Virus record (IMG/VR): IMGVR_UViG_3300013383_000020
Span: 44,518-108,517 of that record
Length of the DNA stretch: 64,000 bases
Origin: a virus
Taxonomy: Duplodnaviria; Caudoviricetes
Reading direction: 5' to 3' (one strand)
Within the stretch, counting starts at the first letter, position 1. Each line of letters opens with the position of its first letter. The notes beneath the pieces are model-generated. The model worked only from the letters and a program-made list of their open reading frames with translations, was not told where the DNA came from and did no database searches. Positions 1 to 8,959 of the stretch are shown piece by piece. The position numbers and the translations under genes were made by a program.

Positions 1-20
1 TTCATAAAGCAATTTCAGAA

Positions 21-335
21 GTGTCTGAGCCATATGGAGATACATGGAAACATCCTGTACTAGAACAGAAATCAAGAGATTGGCATATAGGAAGAATTAT
101 TTATTTTATCAATCATCCAAAGGAGATTAGAGATATTGAGATTGATAATGAATGCGACAATGGGTTTATTCTTCCACAGCCTTTCATTGTAGATGGCTGG
201 CACAGATACGCAGCGGCAAGATGGTTATATGACCAAGGTAAACTGACAGAAATTCATTGTAGATATGGTGGCAGAATGGACATACTTGAATATTTACAGG
301 GAAAGACAGATAGTTTTGACAGTGAACCTGTATGA
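21..335 (+). CDS. ParB/Srx-like domain protein (probably 5'-partial)
   Basis: IVDGWHRYAAA motif. Confidence 0.55.
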   Translation: MSEPYGDTWKHPVLEQKSRDWHIGRIIYFINHPKEIRDIEIDNECDNGFILPQPFIVDGWHRYAAARWLYDQGKLTEIHCRYGGRMDILEYLQGKTDSFDSEPV

Positions 336-339
336 CATA

Positions 340-367
340 ATATAAAGAAACGGAAAATTCAAAGAAA
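340..367. repeat. dif-like dyad site (aagaaa-cggaaa-attcaa)
   Basis: Near-consensus copy just after a stop codon. Confidence 0.5.
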
Positions 368-404
368 TATTCGCAAAAGTCAACTTTGCGAATATTTCTT
401 TGAA
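358..404. repeat. Perfect 20-bp inverted repeat, 7-bp spacer
   Basis: ttcaaagaaatattcgcaaa-agtcaac-tttgcgaatatttctttgaa. Confidence 0.95.
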
Positions 405-485
405 ATAATATTACACGTGTCAAGAGAATAAATAAGAGGTTGATTAATTCGATCTCTTATTTTGATGGAAAGGAGATTGATAAAA

Positions 486-686
486 ATGCGATATGTAATA
501 AGGAATAGACATGCTGGGAATTTCATTGATGAATATGATGATAAAAATAAGGCAATTTATACGTTGGATTTATTTGAAGCACAGGATTTAATTGATGGAA
601 TTTATGAACCACACTTTTATGAAGTATATGACACTGTAAATGAAGAATCAATTTACGAAGGGAGATATCCTAATGCCAATATTTGA
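486..686 (+). CDS. hypothetical protein
   Basis: ORF with aaggag RBS. Confidence 0.65.
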   Translation: MRYVIRNRHAGNFIDEYDDKNKAIYTLDLFEAQDLIDGIYEPHFYEVYDTVNEESIYEGRYPNANI

Positions 687-879
687 TTTGTCCGGTTGGA
701 ATGTGAAAACATGGAAATATAATTCACGGAATGTTGAAGAACAGCTACATAAAAAGAATGCTTGGATTGCAAAGAATTACAAACGGTATCAAATTGAGGA
801 AATATATGTAGATGGAGCATGGGCAATACAGTACAGAAGGAGGGAAAAAAATGGAATATGTGAGTTGTGTTGTGGATGA
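673..879 (+). CDS. hypothetical protein
   Basis: ORF with gggag RBS. Confidence 0.6.
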   Translation: MPIFDLSGWNVKTWKYNSRNVEEQLHKKNAWIAKNYKRYQIEEIYVDGAWAIQYRRREKNGICELCCG

Positions 880-994
880 ACTTGGAACACCAATGTATCG
901 AGTGTCGTACTTGGAACAACGAGGATGTTTAGATGAAGTATTAGATAACCATCCTGAATGGAGAGTTATATGTTTGCTGTTTGGAGAGGAGTGA
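851..994 (+). CDS. hypothetical protein
   Basis: ORF with aaggagg RBS. Confidence 0.55.
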   Translation: MEYVSCVVDELGTPMYRVSYLEQRGCLDEVLDNHPEWRVICLLFGEE

Positions 995-1089
995 TTGTAT
1001 GTATATAGCTCAAATGCCAAAAGTTATAACAAAGAAATAGTAGAGAATATATAAATATGGTATAATTAAACTGAAGGAGGTTGATTTAG

Positions 1090-1305
1090 ATGGGAGTTTT
1101 AATTTTAATAATTATTGTAATTGTTCTTATAAGTTTAATTTTGAGTGATCCAGGAACAAGTAGTTCAACAACTACAACAAAATATACACCACAACGTAAG
1201 TTCGGTGATGGAGCAAGTATGTATGATTTTAAGGATTATGTAAATACAAAAGCAGACAAACACTTGAAAGAAATGGAAGCGAAGAGAGAAAATAAATTTA
1301 GATAG
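1090..1305 (+). CDS. small membrane-anchored protein
   Basis: Hydrophobic N-terminus, aaggagg RBS. Confidence 0.7.
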   Translation: MGVLILIIIVIVLISLILSDPGTSSSTTTTKYTPQRKFGDGASMYDFKDYVNTKADKHLKEMEAKRENKFR

Positions 1306-1313
1306 AATAGAAA

Positions 1314-1979
1314 GTGAGGTCGATGATTATGTTAGGAGCATTATTATATGGAGCAATGTCAGCAGTGTGTGGACTTGGTAGAGCTGTTGATAACGAAAAA
1401 ACTAAAATAAATACTACACATGTGAACGAAAAGGGACAAACAGTGTATTATGATAGAAACTGTTGTTGCTATATAAATAACGAAAAGGTGTACAACTGGA
1501 CAGAAATTGATAAATATGGTCGTACACATCGACTAACAATCGGTATGAATAGTGGTCGTGTTTATAATGATACGTGGGATAAAATAACCACAGAAGATGA
1601 TTGTAAAACAAAAGAGTCATACGAGGATGCAGTTAGAAGAGGTTGGTTAGCTTATACAGATTATAGCGACTACAGATTTGCTTGCAATTCTGGTGTAACA
1701 AAAGAAATTAGTACAGGAAAAGTGATAAATTGTCTCGATGAAGTGTATAATCTTACAACAAGAAAAAAAGAGTATAGAAAATGGTATGTTACAGAAGCTG
1801 CATTAAAGGAACATGGGAAATATGCATATAAGAATACTGCAAAAGGTGATTACGGAATTGTAATTACGAAAGAAGAATATTGGAAACTTGGGGGTAAATG
1901 TGCATTTAATATGGCTCATACTCCAACAGATCGGATTGTATGGGAAAAATTATATGGAATAGGAGGCACACATGAATAA
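1314..1979 (+). CDS. hypothetical exported/membrane protein
   Basis: 221-aa ORF, hydrophobic N-terminus. Confidence 0.7.
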   Translation: MRSMIMLGALLYGAMSAVCGLGRAVDNEKTKINTTHVNEKGQTVYYDRNCCCYINNEKVYNWTEIDKYGRTHRLTIGMNSGRVYNDTWDKITTEDDCKTKESYEDAVRRGWLAYTDYSDYRFACNSGVTKEISTGKVINCLDEVYNLTTRKKEYRKWYVTEAALKEHGKYAYKNTAKGDYGIVITKEEYWKLGGKCAFNMAHTPTDRIVWEKLYGIGGTHE

Positions 1980-2219
1980 AGAACGCAGACGTAGTATTAA
2001 TAACATCAAGGCAAACATAGCAAGATTAAAGAAGGAATTGCAGATTTATCATCAGAATTATCTATTGTATTAGACCAGGAGCAGGACACATTTGATAATA
2101 TGCCAGAAGGATTACAAAGCAGCTACAGAGGAATGTGTTCTGAAGATGCTATTGATTCTATGGAAGAGGCAAGCGAAAAACTTGACGAAGTGATTGAGTT
2201 GTTAAATGATATTGTGTAG
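1972..2219 (+). pseudogene. frameshifted hypothetical gene
   Basis: MNKERRRS... continues in another frame as SSELSIVLDQEQDTFDNMPEGLQ...; span 248 nt. Confidence 0.65.
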
Positions 2220-2225
2220 AATGGA

Positions 2226-2253
2226 AACATAAGAAGTAATAGTTTCTTTGGAA
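2226..2253. repeat. dif-like dyad site (aagaag-taatag-tttctt)
   Basis: Near-consensus, tggaa outer arm. Confidence 0.7.
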
Positions 2254-2260
2254 GATTCAA

Positions 2261-2304
2261 TCAATATATTGTGGTTGTGAGATGCATAAAACACAATATA
2301 TAGT
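2261..2304. promoter_or_regulatory. Tandem NrdR-box-like pair
   Basis: tcaatatattgt and acaatatatagt, 32 bp apart. Confidence 0.65.
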
Positions 2305-2376
2305 ATAAGGCAAACGCAAACCGCTAGTAGTAAAACACTGGCGGTTATTTTTTAACTAATAAGTGTTGAAAATGTG

Positions 2377-2405
2377 TTGACATATTCAATAATAAGTGAT
2401 ACGAT
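2377..2405 (+). promoter_or_regulatory. sigma-A promoter
   Basis: ttgaca-17-tacgat with TG extension. Confidence 0.65.
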
Positions 2406-2432
2406 ATAGGAAATCAAAGGAGGTGCATTTGG

Positions 2433-2603
2433 TTGAGAACAAAATTTAACACTTCCATTGATTCAGAGATCCTACAGAAATTCAAAAACAAATGCAAAGA
2501 AGATAAATTGCCAGTAAGTGTTGTACTTGAGCGATTTATGAAAGGTTATATTGAAGACAAATTTGTTCTTGGAATGATGTGGTCTGATAATAATGGAAAA
2601 TAA
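2433..2603 (+). CDS. ribbon-helix-helix DNA-binding protein
   Basis: MRTKFNTSIDSEILQKFKNKCKEDKLPVSVVLERFM pattern; aaggagg RBS. Confidence 0.65.
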   Translation: MRTKFNTSIDSEILQKFKNKCKEDKLPVSVVLERFMKGYIEDKFVLGMMWSDNNGK

Positions 2604-2708
2604 AAAGAGCAGGTTCTCCACCGTCCAAAGCGAAAACCTACTCTTAGAACAACTTGAACCTAAGTCCTAGTCATTACATATTATATCGTATTTTCTGGAC
2701 TTATTCAA
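2598..2708 (-). ncRNA. Putative antisense sRNA (promoter plus terminator) upstream of antirepressor
   Basis: Minus-strand ttgaat-17-tataat at 2708-2680; hairpin 2606-2644 followed by T tract. Confidence 0.5.
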
Positions 2709-2876
2709 GTCACATTTTCCAAACAAAAATTGCGTACCTTGAAAACTGAATAACAGATTGGCTATCTGTAAAAGCCGTCGTGATGGAGTTGGAATACTCT
2801 CGATAGTCTGCGAGCAAAATGGAGAATAAACATTAGAAGGCTATCAACAAATTTATATAAGAAAGGAAGATACGAT

Positions 2877-3587
2877 ATGAAAGAAGTATTAGAAACAAGA
2901 AATGAGATTGAAATTTTTAACAATGAGAATTTCGGACAGATTAGAACTATTGTAATTGATGGAAATCCTTGGTTCGTAGCAAAAGATGTTTGCGACATTC
3001 TTGGAACAACAAATCCAACAATGGCAATGGATGGGTTAGAGGATTTTGAACGGGCTAAGTTTAACTTAGGTCGTCAGGGTGAAGCAAATATCATAAGTGA
3101 AAGTGGATTTTATACACTTGTACTTAGAAGTAGAAAGCCAATTGCAAAGCCATTTAGAATTTGGGTAACGTCAGAGGTTCTTCCATCAATCAGAAAGACG
3201 GGCAGTTATGTTGCAACTCAATCTAATAAAGTAGAAACAATGCTTGAAGATATGGGCTGCAATATGAAAGTTGTGTATGCTCAGATTAACAATATGGAAA
3301 ATATGTTGGGCGAGCAGACAGAAAAATTAAATCAGGTAGTAGATAATATGACTCTTACTACAAGACAGCAACAGAGAATTTACAAAGCAGCGAAAGATAG
3401 AATCAATCAGTTGCTTGGTGGTGCTCATTCAAAAGAATACAAGGCAAATTCAAAAAGCTATTTTATAAATCTTTGGAATGGATTGAAGAGTGAGTTCGGG
3501 TGTGGCAGTTCTTATAAGGATCTGAATCCTATTTACTTTGATGACGCAATGAATTTCATTCAGAATTGGATTTACATAGAAGATTAA
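2877..3587 (+). CDS. BRO-N / ORF6C-type phage antirepressor
   Basis: FNNENFGQIRTIVIDGNPWFVAKDVC...WVTSEVLPSIRKTGSY. Confidence 0.9.
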   Translation: MKEVLETRNEIEIFNNENFGQIRTIVIDGNPWFVAKDVCDILGTTNPTMAMDGLEDFERAKFNLGRQGEANIISESGFYTLVLRSRKPIAKPFRIWVTSEVLPSIRKTGSYVATQSNKVETMLEDMGCNMKVVYAQINNMENMLGEQTEKLNQVVDNMTLTTRQQQRIYKAAKDRINQLLGGAHSKEYKANSKSYFINLWNGLKSEFGCGSSYKDLNPIYFDDAMNFIQNWIYIED

Positions 3588-3607
3588 AATATAGAAAGGA
3601 TTAATAA

Positions 3608-4453
3608 ATGGATTATATAGATATAAACAAACTTACAGAAGAAGAAAAAGTGAAGGCATTAAGAAATTTTTCGGAGCTAATGACACAATATGAAACAATG
3701 AGAAAGAATATTTCGGATATTGTATATGAATTAAAAAATAGATATGAGACTGAAGGAGAAACTGAAAAATTATGTACAGACATTCTTAGTCAATATATTA
3801 AAAATTATGGGAAGAAACATAACTATGTGTACTTCTTTAGGAATAAATACAATAATTTAGTAAAAATAGGCTGTACGACAGATATTGTAAAACGCTATGG
3901 AGATATTAAATCAATATGTAAAAATTATATTGGAATGGAAGATGCATTGCGAATAGAAGGAGCAATAGATACTTCTTTTATCAAGCCGGAAAAGGTGGAA
4001 AAATATTTACATGAAAAATATAAGAAGTATCGTAAATTTGGTGAATGGTTTGAGTTTCCAGATGATGTATGGAAAGAACTTTACTATCTTTTTATAGAAG
4101 GTGATAATTTTGCAGAAATGATAAATGATAAAGATGTCGAGAAATTGGATATCCCAAATAAAATACATAACATTATGTATGTTGGCTCTCCTGCGGACAA
4201 TGAATTTATCAAGCTATTATCAAATAATACAAAGACAAAAGAAATTGAAAGAGAATTAGTGGAAATGTATATTGATAAACTTACTAATATGTTATCTGGA
4301 ATTCATTTCAAGGTAAAATTCTTTAATGAGGATGAGCCATTTTATAGATTATTGTACATGGATTTTATGGATAAATTCGTAGAAGAAAAATTTGATTTGT
4401 CAATTTATACGTTTGAGCATATGAAAAATTATTATATGAATCAAACTGAATAA
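3608..4453 (+). CDS. T5orf172/GIY-YIG-like domain protein
   Basis: YVYFF...VKIGCT...EKYLH...GEWF. Confidence 0.75.
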   Translation: MDYIDINKLTEEEKVKALRNFSELMTQYETMRKNISDIVYELKNRYETEGETEKLCTDILSQYIKNYGKKHNYVYFFRNKYNNLVKIGCTTDIVKRYGDIKSICKNYIGMEDALRIEGAIDTSFIKPEKVEKYLHEKYKKYRKFGEWFEFPDDVWKELYYLFIEGDNFAEMINDKDVEKLDIPNKIHNIMYVGSPADNEFIKLLSNNTKTKEIERELVEMYIDKLTNMLSGIHFKVKFFNEDEPFYRLLYMDFMDKFVEEKFDLSIYTFEHMKNYYMNQTE

Positions 4454-4612
4454 ATAATAATCTGAGTGCTGATATGAAGCATTCGACTTGTTCTATACTT
4501 CTCAAGTCAAAAGAAGTAGTGTATAATAATAAAGGTAATCCAAAATCGAAAGAGATTGGATAGAGGTTGGGGGTTTACAGCCAGTTACTTATGGTAGCAA
4601 ATGGAAAATAAT

Positions 4613-4640
4613 TTCCAATGAATCCAAGTTTTCTTATTAA
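4613..4640. repeat. dif-like dyad site (atgaat-ccaagt-tttctt)
   Basis: Strict consensus, ttcca outer arm; upstream of recombinase operon. Confidence 0.8.
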
Positions 4641-4668
4641 AGCAGAGAAAATATAGAAATAAGTATTA

Positions 4669-4696
4669 GAAGCAGAAATCAACTGCTTCTTTTTTA
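4669..4696 (+). terminator. Rho-independent terminator
   Basis: gaagcag...ctgcttc plus T tract. Confidence 0.6.
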
Positions 4697-4710
4697 TTAC
4701 AGAAAATGAG

Positions 4711-5010
4711 GTGATGAATATGTGCAGATATAAAAATGGAAATCCAAAAAGAACTTCTCAGTTTTTGTGCTTACATTGTATGAAAATAAACCAATTATCA
4801 GGAATACAGAGAGGAGGACACCAAAGGGAGAAATATCATATAAAAGATCTTTTATGTATTAATAAGGAATGCAAGAATCTTCCTTATACAAAAAATTTAG
4901 AGATCAGATGGTGTGATACATACGAAGAAGTGTATGAAAAGGCAATACAAATAAGAAGGCATTATTATTCAGACAAAATAGAGAATAATACAAATAGAAA
5001 GGTGTGTTGA
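4711..5010 (+). CDS. small Zn-ribbon-like protein
   Basis: CLHC...HIKDLLC. Confidence 0.65.
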   Translation: MMNMCRYKNGNPKRTSQFLCLHCMKINQLSGIQRGGHQREKYHIKDLLCINKECKNLPYTKNLEIRWCDTYEEVYEKAIQIRRHYYSDKIENNTNRKVC

Positions 5011-5015
5011 TAGAT

Positions 5016-5288
5016 ATGGAATATGAAATAACTAATATTGGAAGCTCAGAAATTAAAGATATTCACCATATTGGAATTAATTATGATGGCAACTATTACA
5101 GTGTAATTTTTGGCAAATATATTAATGGTGGATTCTTTAGTATTCCAAACTGGAATTGTGGTGGTGAACTGGCGAACTTTAGCGATGTGTTTTGGAATAC
5201 CGAATCTATTTATAGAGCGTTAAAGAGAAAGAAAACAGCAAGAGTAATAGCACAAGCTATAGCTGACTATATGAAGGAGTGTGATTGA
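5016..5288 (+). CDS. hypothetical protein
   Basis: ORF coupled to recombinase. Confidence 0.7.
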   Translation: MEYEITNIGSSEIKDIHHIGINYDGNYYSVIFGKYINGGFFSIPNWNCGGELANFSDVFWNTESIYRALKRKKTARVIAQAIADYMKECD

Positions 5289-5289
5289 T

Positions 5290-6321
5290 ATGGCACAGAC
5301 AAGAGACTACGCAACAAAGAAAAAGGGTAAAACTAAGGGTTATCCATTTTGGAATATGGAAGATATTAAGGGAATGATTGATTATTTTCGGAACAATCAA
5401 TTATGGAATGATTATTTGAAATTTATGTTGTTATTTTTATTTGGGAGAAGAGTAGGAGACACATTAGATATGGTGTGGTCTGATATTTTTTATCCAAATG
5501 GAACAATAAAGGATGAGATTAGAACAATTGAGGAACAAAAGACTGGGAAATACAATATCATATATATTTCACCATATGCAAAGCAGGTTATTAAAGAATA
5601 TCTACAGATAACAGGCATCAATCCATTATATGATTTAAATGACTATATTTTTCCATATGAGTTGAAGTATGAATGGAGAAAAATGGAGAACGATGATTTT
5701 TTTCATGAAACAGAATCTACAAATTATTCTGATAATGAAGCATTAGAAATGATTAACAGGTTTGTAGAGTTATACAACAAAGATTATAGCGAAGATAGAA
5801 TTAAAAAGATTTTAAATGAGTGGAGAAAGCATCAAAAAGAATTTAAAACTTTAGGAGAATATATATATAAAGAAGTAATTTTTAAAGATATTTCAAAATG
5901 GCAAATTGGAGCATTTGATAAAATTTTTAAAAAAGCAGTGGAATTTAACAAAATTCAATACAAGGTGACGATTCACAGTATAAGGCGTTCCTTTGGATAT
6001 TATAGTAAAGTAATTCATCCACATGATATGTTATGTTTGGAAACTTTACAGAATATTTTTGGACACAGTGACACACAAACAACTATGCATTATATTGGTT
6101 TATCTGAAGAAAGAGAAAGAATGTATTATACCGATATTGGAGATTTTTTAAATGGTGTATCAAATGGGAATTATGATCTAAAGAAGAATAGCCCCGTAAT
6201 AACAATAAAAGAACAAGACTTAAGAAAGATTTTATTAAAAGCCATTAAACTAAACTCTAATGATGCAGCGATATCTTTAAATCAAATATTAGACGAAATT
6301 GATGAGGTGAAATTAGAATGA
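5290..6321 (+). CDS. tyrosine recombinase (Xer/resolvase-like, no obvious arm-binding domain)
   Basis: GRRVGD, KTGK, HSIRRSF, GHSDTQTTMHY give the R-K-H-R-H-Y catalytic set. Confidence 0.92.
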   Translation: MAQTRDYATKKKGKTKGYPFWNMEDIKGMIDYFRNNQLWNDYLKFMLLFLFGRRVGDTLDMVWSDIFYPNGTIKDEIRTIEEQKTGKYNIIYISPYAKQVIKEYLQITGINPLYDLNDYIFPYELKYEWRKMENDDFFHETESTNYSDNEALEMINRFVELYNKDYSEDRIKKILNEWRKHQKEFKTLGEYIYKEVIFKDISKWQIGAFDKIFKKAVEFNKIQYKVTIHSIRRSFGYYSKVIHPHDMLCLETLQNIFGHSDTQTTMHYIGLSEERERMYYTDIGDFLNGVSNGNYDLKKNSPVITIKEQDLRKILLKAIKLNSNDAAISLNQILDEIDEVKLE

Positions 6322-6353
6322 AACAAATGAGATGAGAGTAATATAAATATGTA

Positions 6354-6383
6354 AGGACGACACAGATTATTTCGTGTCGTCCT
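6354..6383. terminator. hairpin between convergent genes
   Basis: aggacgacac...gtgtcgtcct. Confidence 0.65.
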
Positions 6384-6579
6384 TGGTATCAAAAATGAGT
6401 ATATCATTAGGGGTGCAATTTAAAACATGACATAGACTTTCTAGGGTGTCAAAATAAATTCGTTCAACATTGCCCGTATATAAATTACAAGCTGCTTGAT
6501 AACCGATTTTTAATTCCTTCGACAATTGATTTCGATTCATACCTTTTGAATCAACCAAAGGTTTGATATTTAATTTCAT
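6367..6579 (-). CDS. Cro/CI (XRE) HTH regulator
   Basis: GMNRNQLSKEL...TLESLCHVLNCTPNDIL. Confidence 0.9.
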   Translation of the reverse strand: MKLNIKPLVDSKGMNRNQLSKELKIGYQAACNLYTGNVERIYFDTLESLCHVLNCTPNDILIFDTKDDTK

Positions 6580-6641
6580 GCGTATACCTCCTTAACAATA
6601 TGTAGTTTAGCATATAATCTTAACAAAATAAATATGTTTTC

Positions 6642-6683
6642 AACATTATATGCTTGACAATATAATGTTAATAGTGTATAGTA
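6642..6683 (+). promoter_or_regulatory. sigma-A promoter with operator-like inverted repeat
   Basis: ttgaca-17-tatagt; aacattata/tataatgtt flank the -35. Confidence 0.65.
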
Positions 6684-6741
6684 TGAAATATCAAAGGTAA
6701 TCCACGAGTACATAAATACAAAAGAGAGGAGGAACGTACAT

Positions 6742-7125
6742 ATGGATTTACAGAGATACGATGTTATAAAAGCAAAAATCAAATATCAAGGCGAAGGATC
6801 AGTCCAGACTAAAGAACGTCCATATGTTATTGTGTCAAATCCGATAGGAATTAAACATGCAACTATAATCACAGTGATGCCTTTGACTTCTAAAATAAAG
6901 AAAATGAATATGCCTGTTCATGGTTGCATTAATGCAGACGATGATAATGGTTTAACAGAGTATTCTATGGTGCTCGGAGAACAAATTATAACAATATCCA
7001 AGGACGAAGTTATTGAAAGACTTGGAAATGTTACTGATCGCAATGAACGAAAACTTATAGATAAGGTTTGTTTCAATGGTTTGTTTTTTGGAACTGAATA
7101 TAGATTAGAGGGGGCGAGAGTGTAA
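6742..7125 (+). CDS. PemK/MazF-family endoribonuclease
   Basis: GSVQTKERPYVIVSN...PLTS...EQIITISK. Confidence 0.85.
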   Translation: MDLQRYDVIKAKIKYQGEGSVQTKERPYVIVSNPIGIKHATIITVMPLTSKIKKMNMPVHGCINADDDNGLTEYSMVLGEQIITISKDEVIERLGNVTDRNERKLIDKVCFNGLFFGTEYRLEGARV

Positions 7126-7379
7126 TGTATGTGAGTAAAGAAAAGGCGAAACAAATAATTGATGAAACTCCTGGTATGATATGGGTTGATTCTTTTAATG
7201 GAATAACTTTTATTCATACAAGACCAAGACAAATAACTGTTGATGAGGGAAAGAGAATAATTAATAAGGCAAGCACAGTTGATTATTTCGATAATGATTT
7301 TTTTGGCTTGCTTTCATTAGAGGGAGTACAGGAATATATGATTCATAACATAAAGTTCCCTCACCATATGTCCGAATAA
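7125..7379 (+). CDS. hypothetical protein
   Basis: Coupled to PemK (TAATG). Confidence 0.65.
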   Translation: MYVSKEKAKQIIDETPGMIWVDSFNGITFIHTRPRQITVDEGKRIINKASTVDYFDNDFFGLLSLEGVQEYMIHNIKFPHHMSE

Positions 7380-7420
7380 TTGGACATATCGTGAGGTATA
7401 ATAAAAGAAACTAGCAAAAC

Positions 7421-7472
7421 AGAACGGGTGTTCGGTGTTTCTGTTGACAAATACAACCATATGTTCTATTAT
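7421..7472 (+). promoter_or_regulatory. LexA box(es) and sigma-A promoter
   Basis: agaac-gggt-gttcg; ttgaca-17-tattat with aacc-atat-gttc in the spacer. Confidence 0.6.
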
Positions 7473-7487
7473 AATTATTGTCAGCAA

Positions 7488-7631
7488 CAAAATAGAGCCA
7501 AGCGATTCAAACGCTGCGCCAACAGCTTTCTACTTGACTCTACTAAAACCAAACAATACAACGAATAATCGTTGTAAAGAAGCAGAAAATCCGCTTGGTA
7601 CTATTTTACATAGATTTTCTTTAAAAGTCAA
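7488..7631 (-). ncRNA. Putative antisense sRNA (promoter plus terminator)
   Basis: Minus-strand ttgact-17-taaaat at 7631-7603; hairpin 7493-7542 plus T tract. Confidence 0.45.
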
Positions 7632-7691
7632 GTTTCTGAGCATTTCTGCTATTAAGTCCATTTTTGCAATTAAATATGGAGAATAAAGTAT

Positions 7692-7763
7692 TGGGCATTT
7701 GCCAAGTGGTAAGGCGCTGAATTTTGATTTCAGTATTCGTAGGTTCGAATCCTACATGCTCAG
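7692..7763 (+). tRNA. tRNA-Gln(TTG), variant anticodon loop
   Basis: Cloverleaf; ctgaa-ttttgat-ttcag; ggttcgaatcc. Confidence 0.9.
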
Positions 7764-8031
7764 TTTGTTTTGGCAAAACTTCATAAGGTGGAATCTTATG
7801 AATGAGCAATAAGGAGATGTAAAACAACTTTTATGAATATTCCCATCGCCTTATTTCATTGATAATTGCGCGCAAATCAATGACAGAACATAATTTGTGA
7901 TAGGTATCTTTAGCATAAGACTTAAAAGCGGAGTGTAACAGCACACAAATAAACAAAACAGGGAGTCGCGCCATCACATTTTTTACATTTTACATTTTAC
8001 TTTTACGTCTTCGAGGCTTACTCGGAGACCC

Positions 8032-8105
8032 GGATCATTAGTTCAGTTGGTTAGAACGCTCGGCTCATAACCGAGAAGTCACAGGTTCGAGTCCTGTATG
8101 ATCCA
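8032..8105 (+). tRNA. tRNA-CAT (likely Ile2; possibly Met)
   Basis: ctcgg-ctcataa-ccgag; resembles Firmicute Ile2. Confidence 0.9.
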
Positions 8106-8127
8106 TTACAAAACAATAAGGAAGGAG

Positions 8128-8745
8128 ATGTTTTTATTGGCAGAGTATGTCATAACAGACGGAACTCGTTGGATTATGAGAGATCGGAACAAGAAATATG
8201 TTCCAACTTCTTGTGAAGCATTAGCTGATAAGTTTTCAAATAAATCAGCAAATAGTGTTTACAACAATCAATTACCAAAGGCATTGAAATCGGTCTTTCA
8301 TATCGAGAAAGTAGATGACACACCAGATGGTATAAAGCAGATCACACAGAAGGGAGTGGAAGAGAATACAGAAAAAGTTATGATTTCTGAGAATATTCAG
8401 AAATGGCTTAATAAAATTTCTGATCTGAATGGATTGGTAGCAGATGCCCTACATAGAAAGAGTGAGCTTACAAATCAGCTTAGTTCGGTGGACAAAGAGA
8501 TATGCGATATCTTGCATTATATTGAGTTCTGCAATTTAAATGCAGCACAAGGATATAAAGCGTACAAAATGTTAAAGGAGAGGAGAATAAAAAGAAGAAG
8601 CATTAAAAATGAATTACAGGTTTTGGACATTATCTTAAGCAAAAAGATTTCCGAAACGGTGACAGATGAGATCCAAAAAGCTATTGCTGGAATGGATCGA
8701 CGTACATATGAACCACGAGTTTTGAATGAGTTATTCGATTTTTAA
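8128..8745 (+). CDS. hypothetical coiled-coil phage protein
   Basis: ORF; start 8128 or 8137. Confidence 0.75.
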   Translation: MFLLAEYVITDGTRWIMRDRNKKYVPTSCEALADKFSNKSANSVYNNQLPKALKSVFHIEKVDDTPDGIKQITQKGVEENTEKVMISENIQKWLNKISDLNGLVADALHRKSELTNQLSSVDKEICDILHYIEFCNLNAAQGYKAYKMLKERRIKRRSIKNELQVLDIILSKKISETVTDEIQKAIAGMDRRTYEPRVLNELFDF

Positions 8746-8761
8746 TGGAGGTATTTGAATT

Positions 8762-8938
8762 ATGGTGTTATGCAATAATTGTCGTATTGTTATGATTCCT
8801 ATAATGTCATTTTCACAAGATGGAAATAAGAAATATTGTAGATGTCCTCGTTGTTATGCTGAGACAAAGAAGCAGCGTTTGGATAAGAATGAATTATCTT
8901 TCGGAGAATATTTACATAAGGCAGTTAAACGCAAATAA
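8762..8938 (+). CDS. small Zn-ribbon protein
   Basis: CNNC...CPRC; ggaggt RBS. Confidence 0.6.
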   Translation: MVLCNNCRIVMIPIMSFSQDGNKKYCRCPRCYAETKKQRLDKNELSFGEYLHKAVKRK

Positions 8939-8959
8939 AAGATGAGGCAGGTGTATTGA

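Noticed and set aside
7435-7827. ORFs 7435-7686 and 7621-7827
   Set aside because: Overlap promoter, sRNA and tRNA; likely spurious
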